Source: a virus
Taxonomy: Duplodnaviria; Caudoviricetes
Direction: 5' to 3' (one strand)
Length of the DNA: 40,600 bases
IMG/VR virus record: IMGVR_UViG_3300032253_000233
Location: 1-40,600 of that record
In this document: positions 1 through 11,300 of the stretch, piece by piece
Position numbering within the stretch: the first letter of the stretch is position 1
How the letters are laid out: the number at the start of each line of letters is the position of its first letter
The notes under the pieces: generated by a model
The model's database searches: none
Seen by the model: the letters and a program-made list of their open reading frames with translations, nothing else
Told to the model about the DNA's origin: nothing
Translations under genes and position numbers: made by a program

Positions 1-2775
1 CTATTTATATCTAACTTCAATGTTTTCTAATCTGAACGCTGCCGGGGTAGCGTCTATTAGAGCATCAACATCTACATATAATTTTACTTCTGTTCCTGTC
101 CAAAGAAGATCAGTGAGTCTACTATAATCATACGGAGTAGCTCCTGCACCAACTGTAGCAGTTACACTAAATGTACGCGGATAACTGTCTAGTGATATAG
201 TGTCGAATGTTGTGTCATATCCGCTTACCGATACGATATCAAACTTAACTGTAACTACCGAACCTATAGGCACGGTATCAGCTGCAAGAATGAACCTTAA
301 TTTTATAGAACCTGTAGCTGCCCCCGTATTAGTTATGCTAAAGTCAGCACTTGCTTTAATATCTTGTGCTTCATCACTAAATACTTTGTTAGTTACACTT
401 ACAGACCCACCAGTAGGGGCATCTAAATAAAATTCAGTCACAGGTCTTAGTGTTCCAAGTGGAACAAGCTGAAGTGTTTTAGGTATTAAATAATCGGTCT
501 TACTGCTACAATCTGTTAAGTTCACATTATAGAGTTTTCCATCAAACTCGCTAACATACCCACCTACCGCGCTACTAGAGCCTGTCTCCATATATCCCGT
601 AGTGTCGTCAACGAGTATTAACTTACCTGATATCGAAGCATACACATTCCCATCTGATAACCTTTCTAGTTTGTCATCTACTTGTTTATTTGTGTCTAGG
701 TTATATAAACTACTCGCTAGATTAGGAACATTATTGCTAAATGATACTGACATCAATGAAGCATCTACTCCCAAAGTGACAACTGTTGAACTGTTTAAAG
801 TTGTCAAGACTAACACATCATCGCCTGATACAAATTCAATGCGTGAACTTCCTAGAGCCGTGGTTGTAGGAATGTCTAAATATGTGAAGGTTCTTGTAGC
901 GAATTCCATCCGTCCTATTGTTAAGCCGTTATCACTGAGTCTATTACAGCAGAAAACGATGTAATTGTCTGTTATCACAGCCTCTTTTGGGATATAGTTT
1001 GATGCGCCAGCTCCTAGCACCCAATCTGCACCTTCAATAGCGCCAGTAGTTATGTTATAAGCACTTGCTCCAAGCCCCGTTCCGCTTCTCTCTTCTTCTC
1101 CGAAGAACACTAAAGTATTTTCTGATTCTAGTTTAACCATTGCAAAGTTTTTATGCTGCCCACCACCTAAAATATTTGTTAGACCTGAGTATCCTAAGAA
1201 CTCAGGATTTGTTGGAGTAGTTGGGGTATTTGGATTACTTCCGACACTATATGTGTCATCCCAGTCTTTAGTGGTGTCAAGTCTAAATATAGCACCTGAG
1301 GGGTATCCCGAGATATATAGGTAAATGCCATCAGCTAGAAAGCAATAAGGTGATAATGTAATTGTCTTCAATTTGTATGAATTAGTGGCGAGTGTGTTTA
1401 CGTCTTTGACCGTATACCCCGTATAGTCATTACCGACTGCTACAATCTTATCATTTGCACCTATCACATAGTTAAGATCAATAGGGTAAGTGAGCACATT
1501 TGGCAGATTAGCAGATAACCATGTATCACTTGAACCATCTAGTCTAAACCACAAGACCCCATACCCTTCACCATTCAATGGGATTGTTTCACCCACCTCA
1601 AATTCAAAAGTTGGGTAAGTTGCTAAATCAACATTTCCCCAGTAATATGCCACTAAACTATCTCCGTAATTAGTCCAAGGGATACTAGCACTATTCGCGT
1701 CATAAATATCTGTAGCTAAAGATAAAACTCCATCATATACATAATAGTCGCCATCTGCGTGGCCTAAAGTATCTTGTGTGACAGATAGCCAAACTCCGTA
1801 TCTAGTCTGTCTTATGCCTAAGTGGTTGGTTTGCGTTGAGTCTATAAGAGTTGTAACCAAGTTGTCAGATTTACGAATAGAAAATAGTTTTGTATGTCCG
1901 TTATCGACTGTTGAAGTTGCATAAACGTGTGTAGCATCTGAAGCAACTTCAAAACATCCTTGCCCTTGCCCTACTGTGTAAGAAGTGTGAGCCCCTGTAG
2001 TCTCATCTATCTCCATTACAACAATACCAGCTGGGGTGGTTGATTGTGAATTTCCTAAAACTAATTTTCTATTTGTTCCTAATCTTATAGGGTGATAGTT
2101 TCCTCCTGCGTTTGGAACAGTGAAGAAACTCTCCAATAAACCTGTACCATGGTTATACTTTACTACTTGATCGTCAAACGAACGGAAAGAATAGCCTAGC
2201 TCACTTACGATCATGTGCCCAGATGGTGTAGTTATGATTGTTCCTGCATCCCATTCAGAAGCCGTATCTTTCAGTGTTCCATCTTGCCCTACTATAAACC
2301 ATTGATTGTTTTGACCATAAGAAGTGTAGAAAGGAACAAAAAAATCCCATCCGTTACCGTTCCACATGTGTCCAGGGCTAGAACTTGATGTGGAGTTTAG
2401 TGTCATAGCTTCATCGCTTAATACTGTTTCTCTTTCTCCAAGATTATTTCCTATTCCATCCTGTGGTCTTGCTAAAGTTATCTTGATTCCATCAGCTTTG
2501 GTAGTAGTTCCCCTATCATTAGTTGCAGTTGTTGTGAATATTTCTTGCCCATAAACAGTTCCGTCACCTGTAATAGTAATAACACCTGTTGTTGGGTTAA
2601 TTGCCCCCCAAGCAGGTAATCCTATAATCCCATAAGAAGTTGCATCAGTAGCTTCAATCTGTGCAGTAGTTGTTCCTGTGATAAGCAATGATGATGTTAA
2701 CTTGCTTAGTATTGTTGGAAACCCTGAAAAAGGATTTCTTAAACCACCAAGCCCTAGATTAAACGATAAATTCAT
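1..2775 (-). CDS. Large beta-rich protein with N-terminal putative Ig (He_PIG-like) domain and probable beta-propeller; possible virion adhesin
   Basis: 924 aa, T/S/G/Y-rich. Segment 'SYGIIGLPAWGAINPTTGVIT...FTTTATNDRGTTT' resembles He_PIG. AAGG RBS upstream. Confidence 0.6.
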   Translation of the reverse strand: MNLSFNLGLGGLRNPFSGFPTILSKLTSSLLITGTTTAQIEATDATSYGIIGLPAWGAINPTTGVITITGDGTVYGQEIFTTTATNDRGTTTKADGIKITLARPQDGIGNNLGERETVLSDEAMTLNSTSSSSPGHMWNGNGWDFFVPFYTSYGQNNQWFIVGQDGTLKDTASEWDAGTIITTPSGHMIVSELGYSFRSFDDQVVKYNHGTGLLESFFTVPNAGGNYHPIRLGTNRKLVLGNSQSTTPAGIVVMEIDETTGAHTSYTVGQGQGCFEVASDATHVYATSTVDNGHTKLFSIRKSDNLVTTLIDSTQTNHLGIRQTRYGVWLSVTQDTLGHADGDYYVYDGVLSLATDIYDANSASIPWTNYGDSLVAYYWGNVDLATYPTFEFEVGETIPLNGEGYGVLWFRLDGSSDTWLSANLPNVLTYPIDLNYVIGANDKIVAVGNDYTGYTVKDVNTLATNSYKLKTITLSPYCFLADGIYLYISGYPSGAIFRLDTTKDWDDTYSVGSNPNTPTTPTNPEFLGYSGLTNILGGGQHKNFAMVKLESENTLVFFGEEERSGTGLGASAYNITTGAIEGADWVLGAGASNYIPKEAVITDNYIVFCCNRLSDNGLTIGRMEFATRTFTYLDIPTTTALGSSRIEFVSGDDVLVLTTLNSSTVVTLGVDASLMSVSFSNNVPNLASSLYNLDTNKQVDDKLERLSDGNVYASISGKLILVDDTTGYMETGSSSAVGGYVSEFDGKLYNVNLTDCSSKTDYLIPKTLQLVPLGTLRPVTEFYLDAPTGGSVSVTNKVFSDEAQDIKASADFSITNTGAATGSIKLRFILAADTVPIGSVVTVKFDIVSVSGYDTTFDTISLDSYPRTFSVTATVGAGATPYDYSRLTDLLWTGTEVKLYVDVDALIDATPAAFRLENIEVRYK

Positions 2776-2784
2776 GTTATGCCT

Positions 2785-3429
2785 TTATTGAACTGCTGTG
2801 AATTTTCTGCTCATAGATTTATCCATAAACCAAAAACCAACAACTGTACTTGTTGTGAATGTCAATAATCTCAGCATTGTCTTAATGATCTCAAACAGTT
2901 CATCTGACGACATTGCTATATTAAGCTCCTGATACAAGCCAAAGGCCATGTAGGTTACATAAGCACTAAACGCTACTGATCCGTAAGTAACAATCACTCG
3001 AACAAGAGTTCTTGAGATGTCAACAAGACCATGTATAAAAGTTATTAATATTGATACTGGGATTGTTAGCCATGCTGTCCACTTATTGTCATTAAACATC
3101 ATTTTTTCTACTAATGACATCTTCACATAGTTCTCAGAAAGTTTTAAAATAGACATGTTTCTGTCTTTACTTTCCTCAATATCTGCTTTACCTTCCATAA
3201 TTATTTGATCTCGCTGCACATTGGCCTGGATCTCTTTAATTGAAGCATCCGTCTCAGCTGTTATCATCTTAAGATCGTGGTCGCGTTTAGACTGGTTTTC
3301 TTTTAATTTAGACTCTCTCTCTTCCTTATCAGATCGTGCTTTTATCCACGCTGTTCCAAGTCCGCCAAGAATCCCAAATAATCCACCACTTAGTCCACTG
3401 CCAAAAAAACTTAATATTGTATCCATCAC
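2785..3429 (-). CDS. Membrane protein, putative holin
   Basis: Gly-rich hydrophobic N-terminus, charged coil, 2-3 C-terminal hydrophobic helices ending 'VVGFWF'. ATGA-coupled to the DUF5675 gene. Confidence 0.55.
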   Translation of the reverse strand: MMDTILSFFGSGLSGGLFGILGGLGTAWIKARSDKEERESKLKENQSKRDHDLKMITAETDASIKEIQANVQRDQIIMEGKADIEESKDRNMSILKLSENYVKMSLVEKMMFNDNKWTAWLTIPVSILITFIHGLVDISRTLVRVIVTYGSVAFSAYVTYMAFGLYQELNIAMSSDELFEIIKTMLRLLTFTTSTVVGFWFMDKSMSRKFTAVQ

Positions 3430-3863
3430 AATTCCTTTATAATCAGTTTGAATTCTTCATTGTTCATAGTTTCCATGAACTCCCGGACAGCTGTTCTACT
3501 GGAGAAGACAGCTATCTGAAATTTACCAAACTTATTTTTTGCTTTTCCTGCACTTTTACCAAGTGAGATGCACCCATTTAAGTGACTCTGAAATCCCTTA
3601 GCTACATCACCTGCAAAGTTTGCACCGTGAATTAAGATATAGGTTCTACCGATGACATCTTGAAGATGAAAAGTCAGCCTTTTAAAATGTGGAGAAAATC
3701 TCACTTTGCAGTCATATTCACCAGTTGGCACGCAACTTATATTAGGTTTATTATTTCTGTCCGGTAATTCTAATGAATGCCACCAGTTTCCGTCAAAAGT
3801 CATAAACCCACTTGTCCCTTCATCTGTTGTTGGATATCTAAACAAGGTGGCTATCTTATTCAT
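3426..3863 (-). CDS. DUF5675 family protein, putative endolysin
   Basis: Motifs 'SLELP..NN...SCVPTGEY', 'GRTYILIHGAN' and 'GCISLG'. Flanked by membrane proteins. Confidence 0.8.
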   Translation of the reverse strand: MNKIATLFRYPTTDEGTSGFMTFDGNWWHSLELPDRNNKPNISCVPTGEYDCKVRFSPHFKRLTFHLQDVIGRTYILIHGANFAGDVAKGFQSHLNGCISLGKSAGKAKNKFGKFQIAVFSSRTAVREFMETMNNEEFKLIIKEL

Positions 3864-4171
3864 TTAACACCGTCCATCACCATTTTTCCAACGCCTAAAA
3901 TAAACATAGTTATGACTACCCATACGCCTTTTTTAAGGTCACCTTGGATTAAATCGATGCGTTTGTCTTGTTCTTCATTCTTTGCTTTAAGATGGTTATG
4001 CCGTGTCTCGGCTCGTTCTTCCATAAGAACTTGTTTCGTGTGAATATCTGCAAGCTTTTTCATTGATGCGGAAACGTCCGTTATTGCAACCACAATATTC
4101 TTAAGATCATTGTGCATCAGAAGAACATTGTCTTCTACTTGTCTGACTCTCTCTTCAACCGGCTCAGGCAT
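3860..4171 (-). CDS. Coiled-coil protein with C-terminal TM helix (XhlA-like/holin-like lysis protein)
   Basis: Heptad coil followed by 'GVWVVITMFILGVG'. GAGG RBS; overlaps the endolysin start. Confidence 0.55.
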   Translation of the reverse strand: MPEPVEERVRQVEDNVLLMHNDLKNIVVAITDVSASMKKLADIHTKQVLMEERAETRHNHLKAKNEEQDKRIDLIQGDLKKGVWVVITMFILGVGKMVMDGVK

Positions 4172-4175
4172 CTTT

Positions 4176-4541
4176 TTACCTCATTATTCTTATTTGTCCA
4201 CTTACAACAACGATTTTCTCAACACCATCCCAACTCTCAATTTCACTCTTCTCTGCATCAACAAAATAAGGGGTTTCGTTATTTGTAAAATATACCTCGT
4301 ACGTTGCTGGACCATTAGCAGCCTTGACTGTACAATTACCTTTTTCAATTAACACATAACCTGTGTTACCATCACCAGTAGAGTCCAGTCCTACATTTCC
4401 TTCACTTGAAACGAAGTTAGGTATGATAAGTCCGCCCCCGTCTCTAATAAATTCCTGCTTCATCATTAAATCCTTTTGTTTTGTTTGGAAAGCTTTACAG
4501 TCGCTTTCGCATCTCTTTAGGGTGTCTAACCCAACATACAA
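4176..4541 (-). CDS. Hypothetical phage protein (true start may be downstream)
   Basis: ORF fills the operon gap on the coding strand. Confidence 0.5.
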   Translation of the reverse strand: MYVGLDTLKRCESDCKAFQTKQKDLMMKQEFIRDGGGLIIPNFVSSEGNVGLDSTGDGNTGYVLIEKGNCTVKAANGPATYEVYFTNNETPYFVDAEKSEIESWDGVEKIVVVSGQIRIMR

Positions 4542-4755
4542 CCGAAGCTATAATAAAAATCGGCAGCCCAAGTACGATCTTTTTTTTCCATAAACACTTT
4601 GCAAATGCATGAGAATCACATCCACCGCGCTTGTCTTCTTCGTCATCATGGTCTTTACAGCACGTCTGCCCTATTTCTACGATAACCCATTTCCACGGCT
4701 TAACCCATCTTGGCCAACGCTCAAAGAACCCTGTACAATAATCTTTTTTTACCAT
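4495..4755 (-). CDS. Small Cys-rich protein with phospholipase A2-like CCxxHD motif
   Basis: 'DYCTG', 'CCKDHD', 'DSHAFAKCL' and a hydrophobic C-terminus. Confidence 0.5.
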   Translation of the reverse strand: MVKKDYCTGFFERWPRWVKPWKWVIVEIGQTCCKDHDDEEDKRGGCDSHAFAKCLWKKKIVLGLPIFIIASVVCWVRHPKEMRKRL

Positions 4756-5300
4756 GCTACACTGTCCAAAACCGCTTGAAACTCTGCATCAGTTGGTATA
4801 ACAGACATTGTTGCTTGGTACGCTCTAACTGTTTTGTAAACATTTCTATGAAAATCCCATGCTCTTATACAAAATGCTTGGTGCTCATAAGTATCATCTC
4901 TCGACCATGACTCACAGTGATGAGCGTCAGAAAAAGCTAACCCATTTGCCAAGTTGTAATCATTTATAGGCGTTCTAATGTGGGCTTCTGTCATTGCTAA
5001 AAAGTTATCCATTGCCGCTTTTAGCTTCTGCTCTTCGGTTGGGTTTCCTTGTTGGCCTAAAGGCTGTTCCCAAGTGTCTATAACAGTTAATAGTTCAGCC
5101 TTGACCTCTTCTGTTAAGAAGTATTGTTCACCTTCAAACAAAAAGTGATTGCCTTCTTCTCCATCTGTAAAATGAAGATCAGAATATTCAAAAGACAATA
5201 CAGGTTTGTTTTCAATGCCCGTATATTTACAAAACATCCCGTAGGTAAGATTACTGATTAAGCCTGACTGTGTATTACTGTCATAAGATATGTGTAGCAT
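4749..5300 (-). CDS. Putative tail fibre assembly chaperone
   Basis: Acidic helical protein directly after the fibre genes, ending 'PT..EF...L...W'. Confidence 0.55.
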   Translation of the reverse strand: MLHISYDSNTQSGLISNLTYGMFCKYTGIENKPVLSFEYSDLHFTDGEEGNHFLFEGEQYFLTEEVKAELLTVIDTWEQPLGQQGNPTEEQKLKAAMDNFLAMTEAHIRTPINDYNLANGLAFSDAHHCESWSRDDTYEHQAFCIRAWDFHRNVYKTVRAYQATMSVIPTDAEFQAVLDSVAW

Positions 5301-5322
5301 TAGTTAATTCCTTTTTGTTGAT

Positions 5323-6000
5323 TTAAGACCATGAGACTACTACCTGACCAGGGCCACCGTATCCACCTCTGACAAATCCTGCTGCTCCCGGACCACCGCC
5401 TGCACCAATTCCGCCATTTAAACCACTTTCATAAAAGCCTGCATTACCACCATGCCCGAAACCTCCGGCTTCACCCCCACCGCCATACCCTGCGGTTGTA
5501 CCATCGTTATAAGTGCCACCACAATAAGTATGTGCTGCGCCTACGCCATTATAGTTTCGTGATTGCCATAATCCTCCGGGGCCGCCGAGTGCCACAATAG
5601 CCCCAAAACTGGTATTTCCTCCCGGACCGCCATTTGTCAAAGACCCTGCTGCTCCAGGCGTACCGCCGATACCAATGACAACATCTATAATCTGTCCTGG
5701 AGTAACGGCAAGGCTTGTAGTAATAATCTGCCCTTGCTGTCCTCCACCATAATTTACAGAATAACTAACATCTCCAACCGTTGCGCCTGCTCCGGCACCG
5801 GCACATATACAAAGATTTAAGCTATAAACCCCTTGTGGCACAGTAAACTGTTTACTATAGGTGATGGTTTCTGAGCCTGCCGCTGCCTTAGCTTCCCACT
5901 CCTTCACCCCGTTTAAATATGCAAAGGTTAAAACACTTCCGTTGAGATGATTAGCCCCTGCGAGTGTTGACATCGTTACCCCATTTAAGACCTGTGACAT
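5323..6000 (-). CDS. Glycine-rich tail fibre protein
   Basis: 'FTVPQGV', 'VTPGQ..V.IG.GG', 'GGNTSFG', 'GG.G.V.V.W', typical of the phage glycine-rich domain. Confidence 0.8.
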   Translation of the reverse strand: MSQVLNGVTMSTLAGANHLNGSVLTFAYLNGVKEWEAKAAAGSETITYSKQFTVPQGVYSLNLCICAGAGAGATVGDVSYSVNYGGGQQGQIITTSLAVTPGQIIDVVIGIGGTPGAAGSLTNGGPGGNTSFGAIVALGGPGGLWQSRNYNGVGAAHTYCGGTYNDGTTAGYGGGGEAGGFGHGGNAGFYESGLNGGIGAGGGPGAAGFVRGGYGGPGQVVVSWS

Positions 6001-7097
6001 TACGCGTTATTCCCATTATTGGTAAAATAAGCAGTAGTACCGTTTAGCCTTACTTTTAGAGTTCCACCTGTTGTAGCTGTGGCGTATTCTGTTGCGCTTA
6101 TTTTTCCATTTGCCACATTTTCGGCTGTCACTGCTTTATCGTATGCTGTTTTAACTGCTCCTGATGTTGCAACAGTTTCGTTTGAAGTAGAAGCAACAGA
6201 ATTCGACAAGTCTGTATTTTTTAGAACTTTTTCTCTTGACCCAGCTATGTACCCTGTTGGTTGATCCGTTAATGGCTGGTCTGAAAAAAAAGATATGCTT
6301 CCGCCAATGCTATATTTTGCAATAGCCCATAAGCTTATAGTTGAATAAGCTGTTAAATTTTTTGCATATATATCAACTATTTTTGGGAAAGTATTTGATG
6401 CAACTACAGCCCCACACTCTAAACTCCCAATATTGTTTTCAAACACTTTTATACTTATCTCTGGGGTTAACACCTCCTCAAGATGTTGCTTAATGCCTAT
6501 TTCTACATCGCTTATAAATGGATCTCCATAACCATCTCCTGAGCAAATTGATTTTAGAGAAATATTAAAATCATTATATTGTGCTGGTAAAGTAACACTT
6601 GCTATTTTCGTATATTTATTAATATCAGTAGCTCCGGTGTTTGATGTCTTTATTACCTCCCTTGAGAATAACGTATCATCTTGGGTGACTCTCTTCCAAT
6701 ATAAAGACGATTCAGAAGGAACATTTCCAACATTTGGAGACTGTAGAGAAACATAAATGAATCCATTGTAAAATACTGACCTGCCACCTAAATCTGTTGT
6801 AATATTCCATGTTCCATAGAAGTTAGCAGACGCATAAGCAAAGTCTTTTAGGATCGACGTTTCATCTCTAAACGCTTCAGTTTCATTTCTATCTGTATTA
6901 ATTGCATCTGAGTCAACATTAGCTTGGTCAACAAAGGTATTTACCTGTGATATAGCCTCAAGCAGATCTTCGCTCAATATTTTTTGTTGTCCTAGCCAAA
7001 GTTCAACTGCAAGGGCATAAGTATTTGAATCTGTATAATTACTTCTTTGCGGGAAAGCGGTAATCGCTTGGATCTCTACGGTTAAGTTATCTATCAT
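6000..7097 (-). CDS. Tail fibre protein
   Basis: Fibre repeat 'LSNSVASTSNETVATSGAVKTAYDKA' and a CBM5/12-like segment 'V.YNG..Y.SLQ..N.G..P....YW'. Confidence 0.75.
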   Translation of the reverse strand: MIDNLTVEIQAITAFPQRSNYTDSNTYALAVELWLGQQKILSEDLLEAISQVNTFVDQANVDSDAINTDRNETEAFRDETSILKDFAYASANFYGTWNITTDLGGRSVFYNGFIYVSLQSPNVGNVPSESSLYWKRVTQDDTLFSREVIKTSNTGATDINKYTKIASVTLPAQYNDFNISLKSICSGDGYGDPFISDVEIGIKQHLEEVLTPEISIKVFENNIGSLECGAVVASNTFPKIVDIYAKNLTAYSTISLWAIAKYSIGGSISFFSDQPLTDQPTGYIAGSREKVLKNTDLSNSVASTSNETVATSGAVKTAYDKAVTAENVANGKISATEYATATTGGTLKVRLNGTTAYFTNNGNNA

Positions 7098-8314
7098 ATC
7101 AAGGACTCCACTCTTAAATTGTATTTTGTTGCGGCTGGATGGATCGGGATCTCAAGGTCAAAGAAGAATCCATATATTGACGCTGATTTATACATTGGGT
7201 TGTCACTATCATCTGCAATTGCCACAATAGGTGTTCCCATATTCTTTTTAAGCCTTGATTTCACTACGTCCACTTGCACATCTTTAATAAAAACTGGGAC
7301 ATCCATCAAGTCATATCCGCTACCTGCGGTAAGTGTTGTATCTCCCCATATGTCTCTTTCTCTTGTTGCAGTTGTTTTCAATCCGAGTTTAAAGCCGTCA
7401 ATGGCAGATGCCCCTAGATCTCTTTTTCGTCCTACCACAACATATCCGCACTTTGCAATGTCACCAGTATTAATGATATTTAGATGGATATCTACGTCAT
7501 GATAAATAGGAGGATTAGCTGTGAATTGTGCATATATCTGCTCTTCAGTCATAGCGTTGACGACTTCGTTTAACATCGAAACAGGCAAGATGCTTGTGAG
7601 TGTATCCCGCAGTTCTTGTTCGGTATAAAGATAATCCCCAAAGCTATTTAGATCATCATAAGTCAAGTCTTGGACAACCGAATAAACTAAAGCGTTATAC
7701 TTAACTTCCACTACTTGAGCATTGGCAATAGGCGATGAAAAGTTAACAGTAAAAGATCCTGTCGTATAGTCTACAGTTCCACTTGCCACATAACTTCCAG
7801 CTGCATCTTCAAAAAGACCATCACCATTTATATCTTCTGCCTCTTTAACACCATTGACCCATATTTCTATAAATCCAGAAAATGGCAAAACATTAGTTGT
7901 TGTTGAAAATACAGTAAGTACCCCATTTCCAGCTCCAACATTTTCAGTAGTGATTAGATTATGTTTTAGCTTTATTTCAACAGATTTTGCAGACACATTG
8001 AAAAGCGATATCGTGTCTATATTCTTAGCTTTAAACACTGTGTTTATTGTGTCTGCATTTGTGGTTTCAGTTGATTTCGTCCCTACAAACATTGCGTATT
8101 GGTTCAGTGGAGCAGATACCCATAAATCAGGGTCTAAAGATGGTGTGATTGTTGATTGAACTCCGTCTGCACCTGAAAACTTATACTTCTTTTTATCTGC
8201 TGACACCTTTACTTCATCACCTTCATTGTAAGCCTTAGGAATCCATTCATCGAGTGTTTCTTCTATCGCGTTACTTGTACTAAACTCCATAGCATCAGGA
8301 ACTATATATTTCAT
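7094..8314 (-). CDS. Tail tip / distal tail protein
   Basis: Beta-rich, directly after the tape measure with ATGA overlap. Confidence 0.65.
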   Translation of the reverse strand: MKYIVPDAMEFSTSNAIEETLDEWIPKAYNEGDEVKVSADKKKYKFSGADGVQSTITPSLDPDLWVSAPLNQYAMFVGTKSTETTNADTINTVFKAKNIDTISLFNVSAKSVEIKLKHNLITTENVGAGNGVLTVFSTTTNVLPFSGFIEIWVNGVKEAEDINGDGLFEDAAGSYVASGTVDYTTGSFTVNFSSPIANAQVVEVKYNALVYSVVQDLTYDDLNSFGDYLYTEQELRDTLTSILPVSMLNEVVNAMTEEQIYAQFTANPPIYHDVDIHLNIINTGDIAKCGYVVVGRKRDLGASAIDGFKLGLKTTATRERDIWGDTTLTAGSGYDLMDVPVFIKDVQVDVVKSRLKKNMGTPIVAIADDSDNPMYKSASIYGFFFDLEIPIHPAATKYNLRVESLI

Positions 8315-11300
8315 GCTGTGGCCTTAGTTGTCAAAGGGATTGTCCCTCTTGCTGAATCTTCTAAGACTCGGGCAGTTCTTTGCTCAAAGGTTGCTGAAGT
8401 TGCGCTAATTTCTTTCAGTTGTTGAAGCTCTTCTTTGACAGACTTCAATTCTTTGATCACATCTTCTAGCGCTGAATGTTGAGCCTGGGCTACAGTATTA
8501 GGAACAAAACCACTCCCAACAGGAGACGTTGTCCCAACAGGTTCGAGTAATGGTCGAGTATTGGTCTCGATCATCGTTAAGAGATCTATTTGGGTTAAAG
8601 TCGTTCCTTCTAACATTTCAAACTGATTGGCAGCCACAGATTGTGCAAATTCCTGATCAAAAGACGAAGCAAAGTTTGAGTCGGTATAAAGATAATTTGT
8701 TGCTGAAATAGTCTTACTTAATGAGTCTGAAAATGCTTCATAATCATCAGTCCTTGATAAGGCAATTGTCTCACTCATAGAATCCTGAAAAGAAGTAACC
8801 AGATCAATACTTCCGCCACCTCTCAACTTATCTATAGTCGGGCGAATGGAGTCGACAACACTCTTTAATGTATCAATGTAGCCTTGAGTTACTTCTGCAA
8901 AGTCCAGCATCGTACCTTGGAGAATATCAACTGCATCCAACTGCTCCTCACTTAAGGCTGTTGTAGCTGTGTTAAACAAAGTCAGCGTATCAATCCATGC
9001 TTGCTGTGTTGCTATGCTTGAACTGTCAAGTCCAAGTATCACAAGTGATTCATCTACCTTTCTATTTGTAACCGCTGATGGGTCTAAGAACTCGTCAAGG
9101 TAATCTCTCGTAGTCAACGCCTGCTCTTTTAACAGTTCAGCCTGTTCTGCCAATGAGTCAGCCACTAAGCTAATCGAGTCAAGGTAATTCAGAGCACTTT
9201 CAACACCATCTTCATAAACTTGACCTGTCGCTTCGCCAAGTGCTGTTACCGCATCTATCTGTGCTTGCATATCCGCAGGATCTTGACTTAACAATAAAGT
9301 GGTCAAATCCCCGTCAATCATTTTGTTTACATTATCAATAGCTACAACTTGCTCAAAAAGGTATTCAGATAAAGGTTTGCTACCTGTCAACTTATCAACA
9401 TCTATTTGAGCCTCTAATAGTCTCTTTGTTTCAAAGTATGTTGAATCAGTAAGAGAATCGTAGATATCTTCAAACGACTTACCAGCATCTTTCAGATCTT
9501 CTATAACACCAATCGTATTAACAGAAAACTCGTTGATTGAGTCTTGAGCTGAACTTAGAAGTTCTTGGAACTGGTATTTGTCAGGAGCAAATAGTGTAGT
9601 TTGAAAAGAGTCCAAATTTGTTTGACCGGCCATACCACTTAAGTAGTCAAGAACTGAACCTGTTAATCCTACATTACCGGCGTAGTAGTTAAGTGCGTCT
9701 TTCATATCGTACTTATCTGCGTTATCTTCTAGTATACCTCTCAAGTCTGCTTTGATACTTTCTAGTCCATAAGCTAAGTCTGTTTGTTCTCTACCAATAG
9801 TTAAACGCCCTACTGTTCCATCCGAATTGTCGATTGACTCTAATAGCTCAATTTGACGGTCTAACCTTGCAAGTGTTTCGCCATAGCCGAAGTCTGCCTC
9901 TGCTTGAATATTTGCTGATGCTGAAGGAATAGACACGCTACCGCCTCCGCTGCCTCCGCCTGTGTCAAACATTGTAAATGCACTTGCCATCAATGCGATC
10001 ATAGCTGCAACTCTTGCCGGCGCTGTATATGGATCACCACCGGCTGCATTTGTTACTCCATTGACTGCATTTCCACCAGCTTCTTTCAACTTAGCAACTG
10101 TCACTATTTCTGAATTAGCAATTGCTGATTGTGCCGCTATTGAATCAGCAAATGCAGTTGCTTGGATTGCAAGTTGAAGACCTATTTGAATAGCTTGCAA
10201 TGTTTTATATCCATCACTATTTTCTTCAAAGAATCCTGAAGCTGAACCGGCAAGTTGTGAGTATCCGTCTAATTCATTAGCTGTGGATACTGACTTTATC
10301 TTAGCAGTATCTTTGGTGTACTTTTGGTCAATTTTATTGCGTTCAATCGTATCTTTCCCATACTTCTTCTTGTCTTTTTCATACTGAGCATCAAGTTTCA
10401 TCTGTGCTTTTGTGACTTTTAAATTATCCACAGACATCTTTGCAAAAGCAGTTGAAACACCACCTGTAGCTTTTGCTACGCCGGTTAATCCATTTTGCCA
10501 TGTATTTGTACTTGAGATAAGGTCTATCTGAGTGTCAAGCATACTCATCATGCTTTCATTAGCGGCATCAATTCCTGTCTGCTCAAAACTAGCTAACGAA
10601 GCATTAAACACTTCCATAGACTGGGCATAACTTGCGCCATTATCAGTCATGTCAGCTATTGTCTTTGTAATTCCATTCAACCATTTATCATAGTCTGTTC
10701 CAGTAGACTCAATGACAATGTCATTAACATGTCGTTGTTTTTCTGCAAAAGCCTGAATAGCCTCTTCATGTCTATGGGTCGCATCAATCTGTGCCTGGAC
10801 ATTGGCCAAAATCACATCATTTGCTCTCTTGCTAGCTGCTATCTTTGCATCTGTGTATTTTTGCAGATCAGCTTCAGCTTGATTTGGGATTCCGTATTCA
10901 TCAAATGCTTCAGCTTTTGGCTTAGACACTATAGGTTTAGAACCTGTGGAACCACCGCCTCCAGTATGCTTACTTGATGATTTTATTACTTCAAGCAACT
11001 CTTTTTTTGCTTCCAATGTATTCTCAAGTTGTTTTTTTAGTGAATCGTATGTAGCCCGAAGCTCTTCTCTTTGGGCCTTATCTGCACCATGTCTTATTGC
11101 TCTAAAAGATTTAGCAACAAGATCACTTTGCTCCTGGGCAAGTGAATTTATTTTTTTAAGTTCTACAGAGGCCATAGCCCTTGAGAATTCTTTTGCCCTG
11201 ATGGAACCCTCTTCAAACTTACCGTTTAAATAGTCTATGCTGTCTCCAGCTCCGATAGCTTCTGAAGCCATATAAGTAAGCACCCCAGTTACCGCTACAA

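Noticed and set aside
1-8314. Diversity-generating retroelement or invertible fibre cassette
   Set aside because: No reverse transcriptase, invertase or TR/VR repeat pair was seen.
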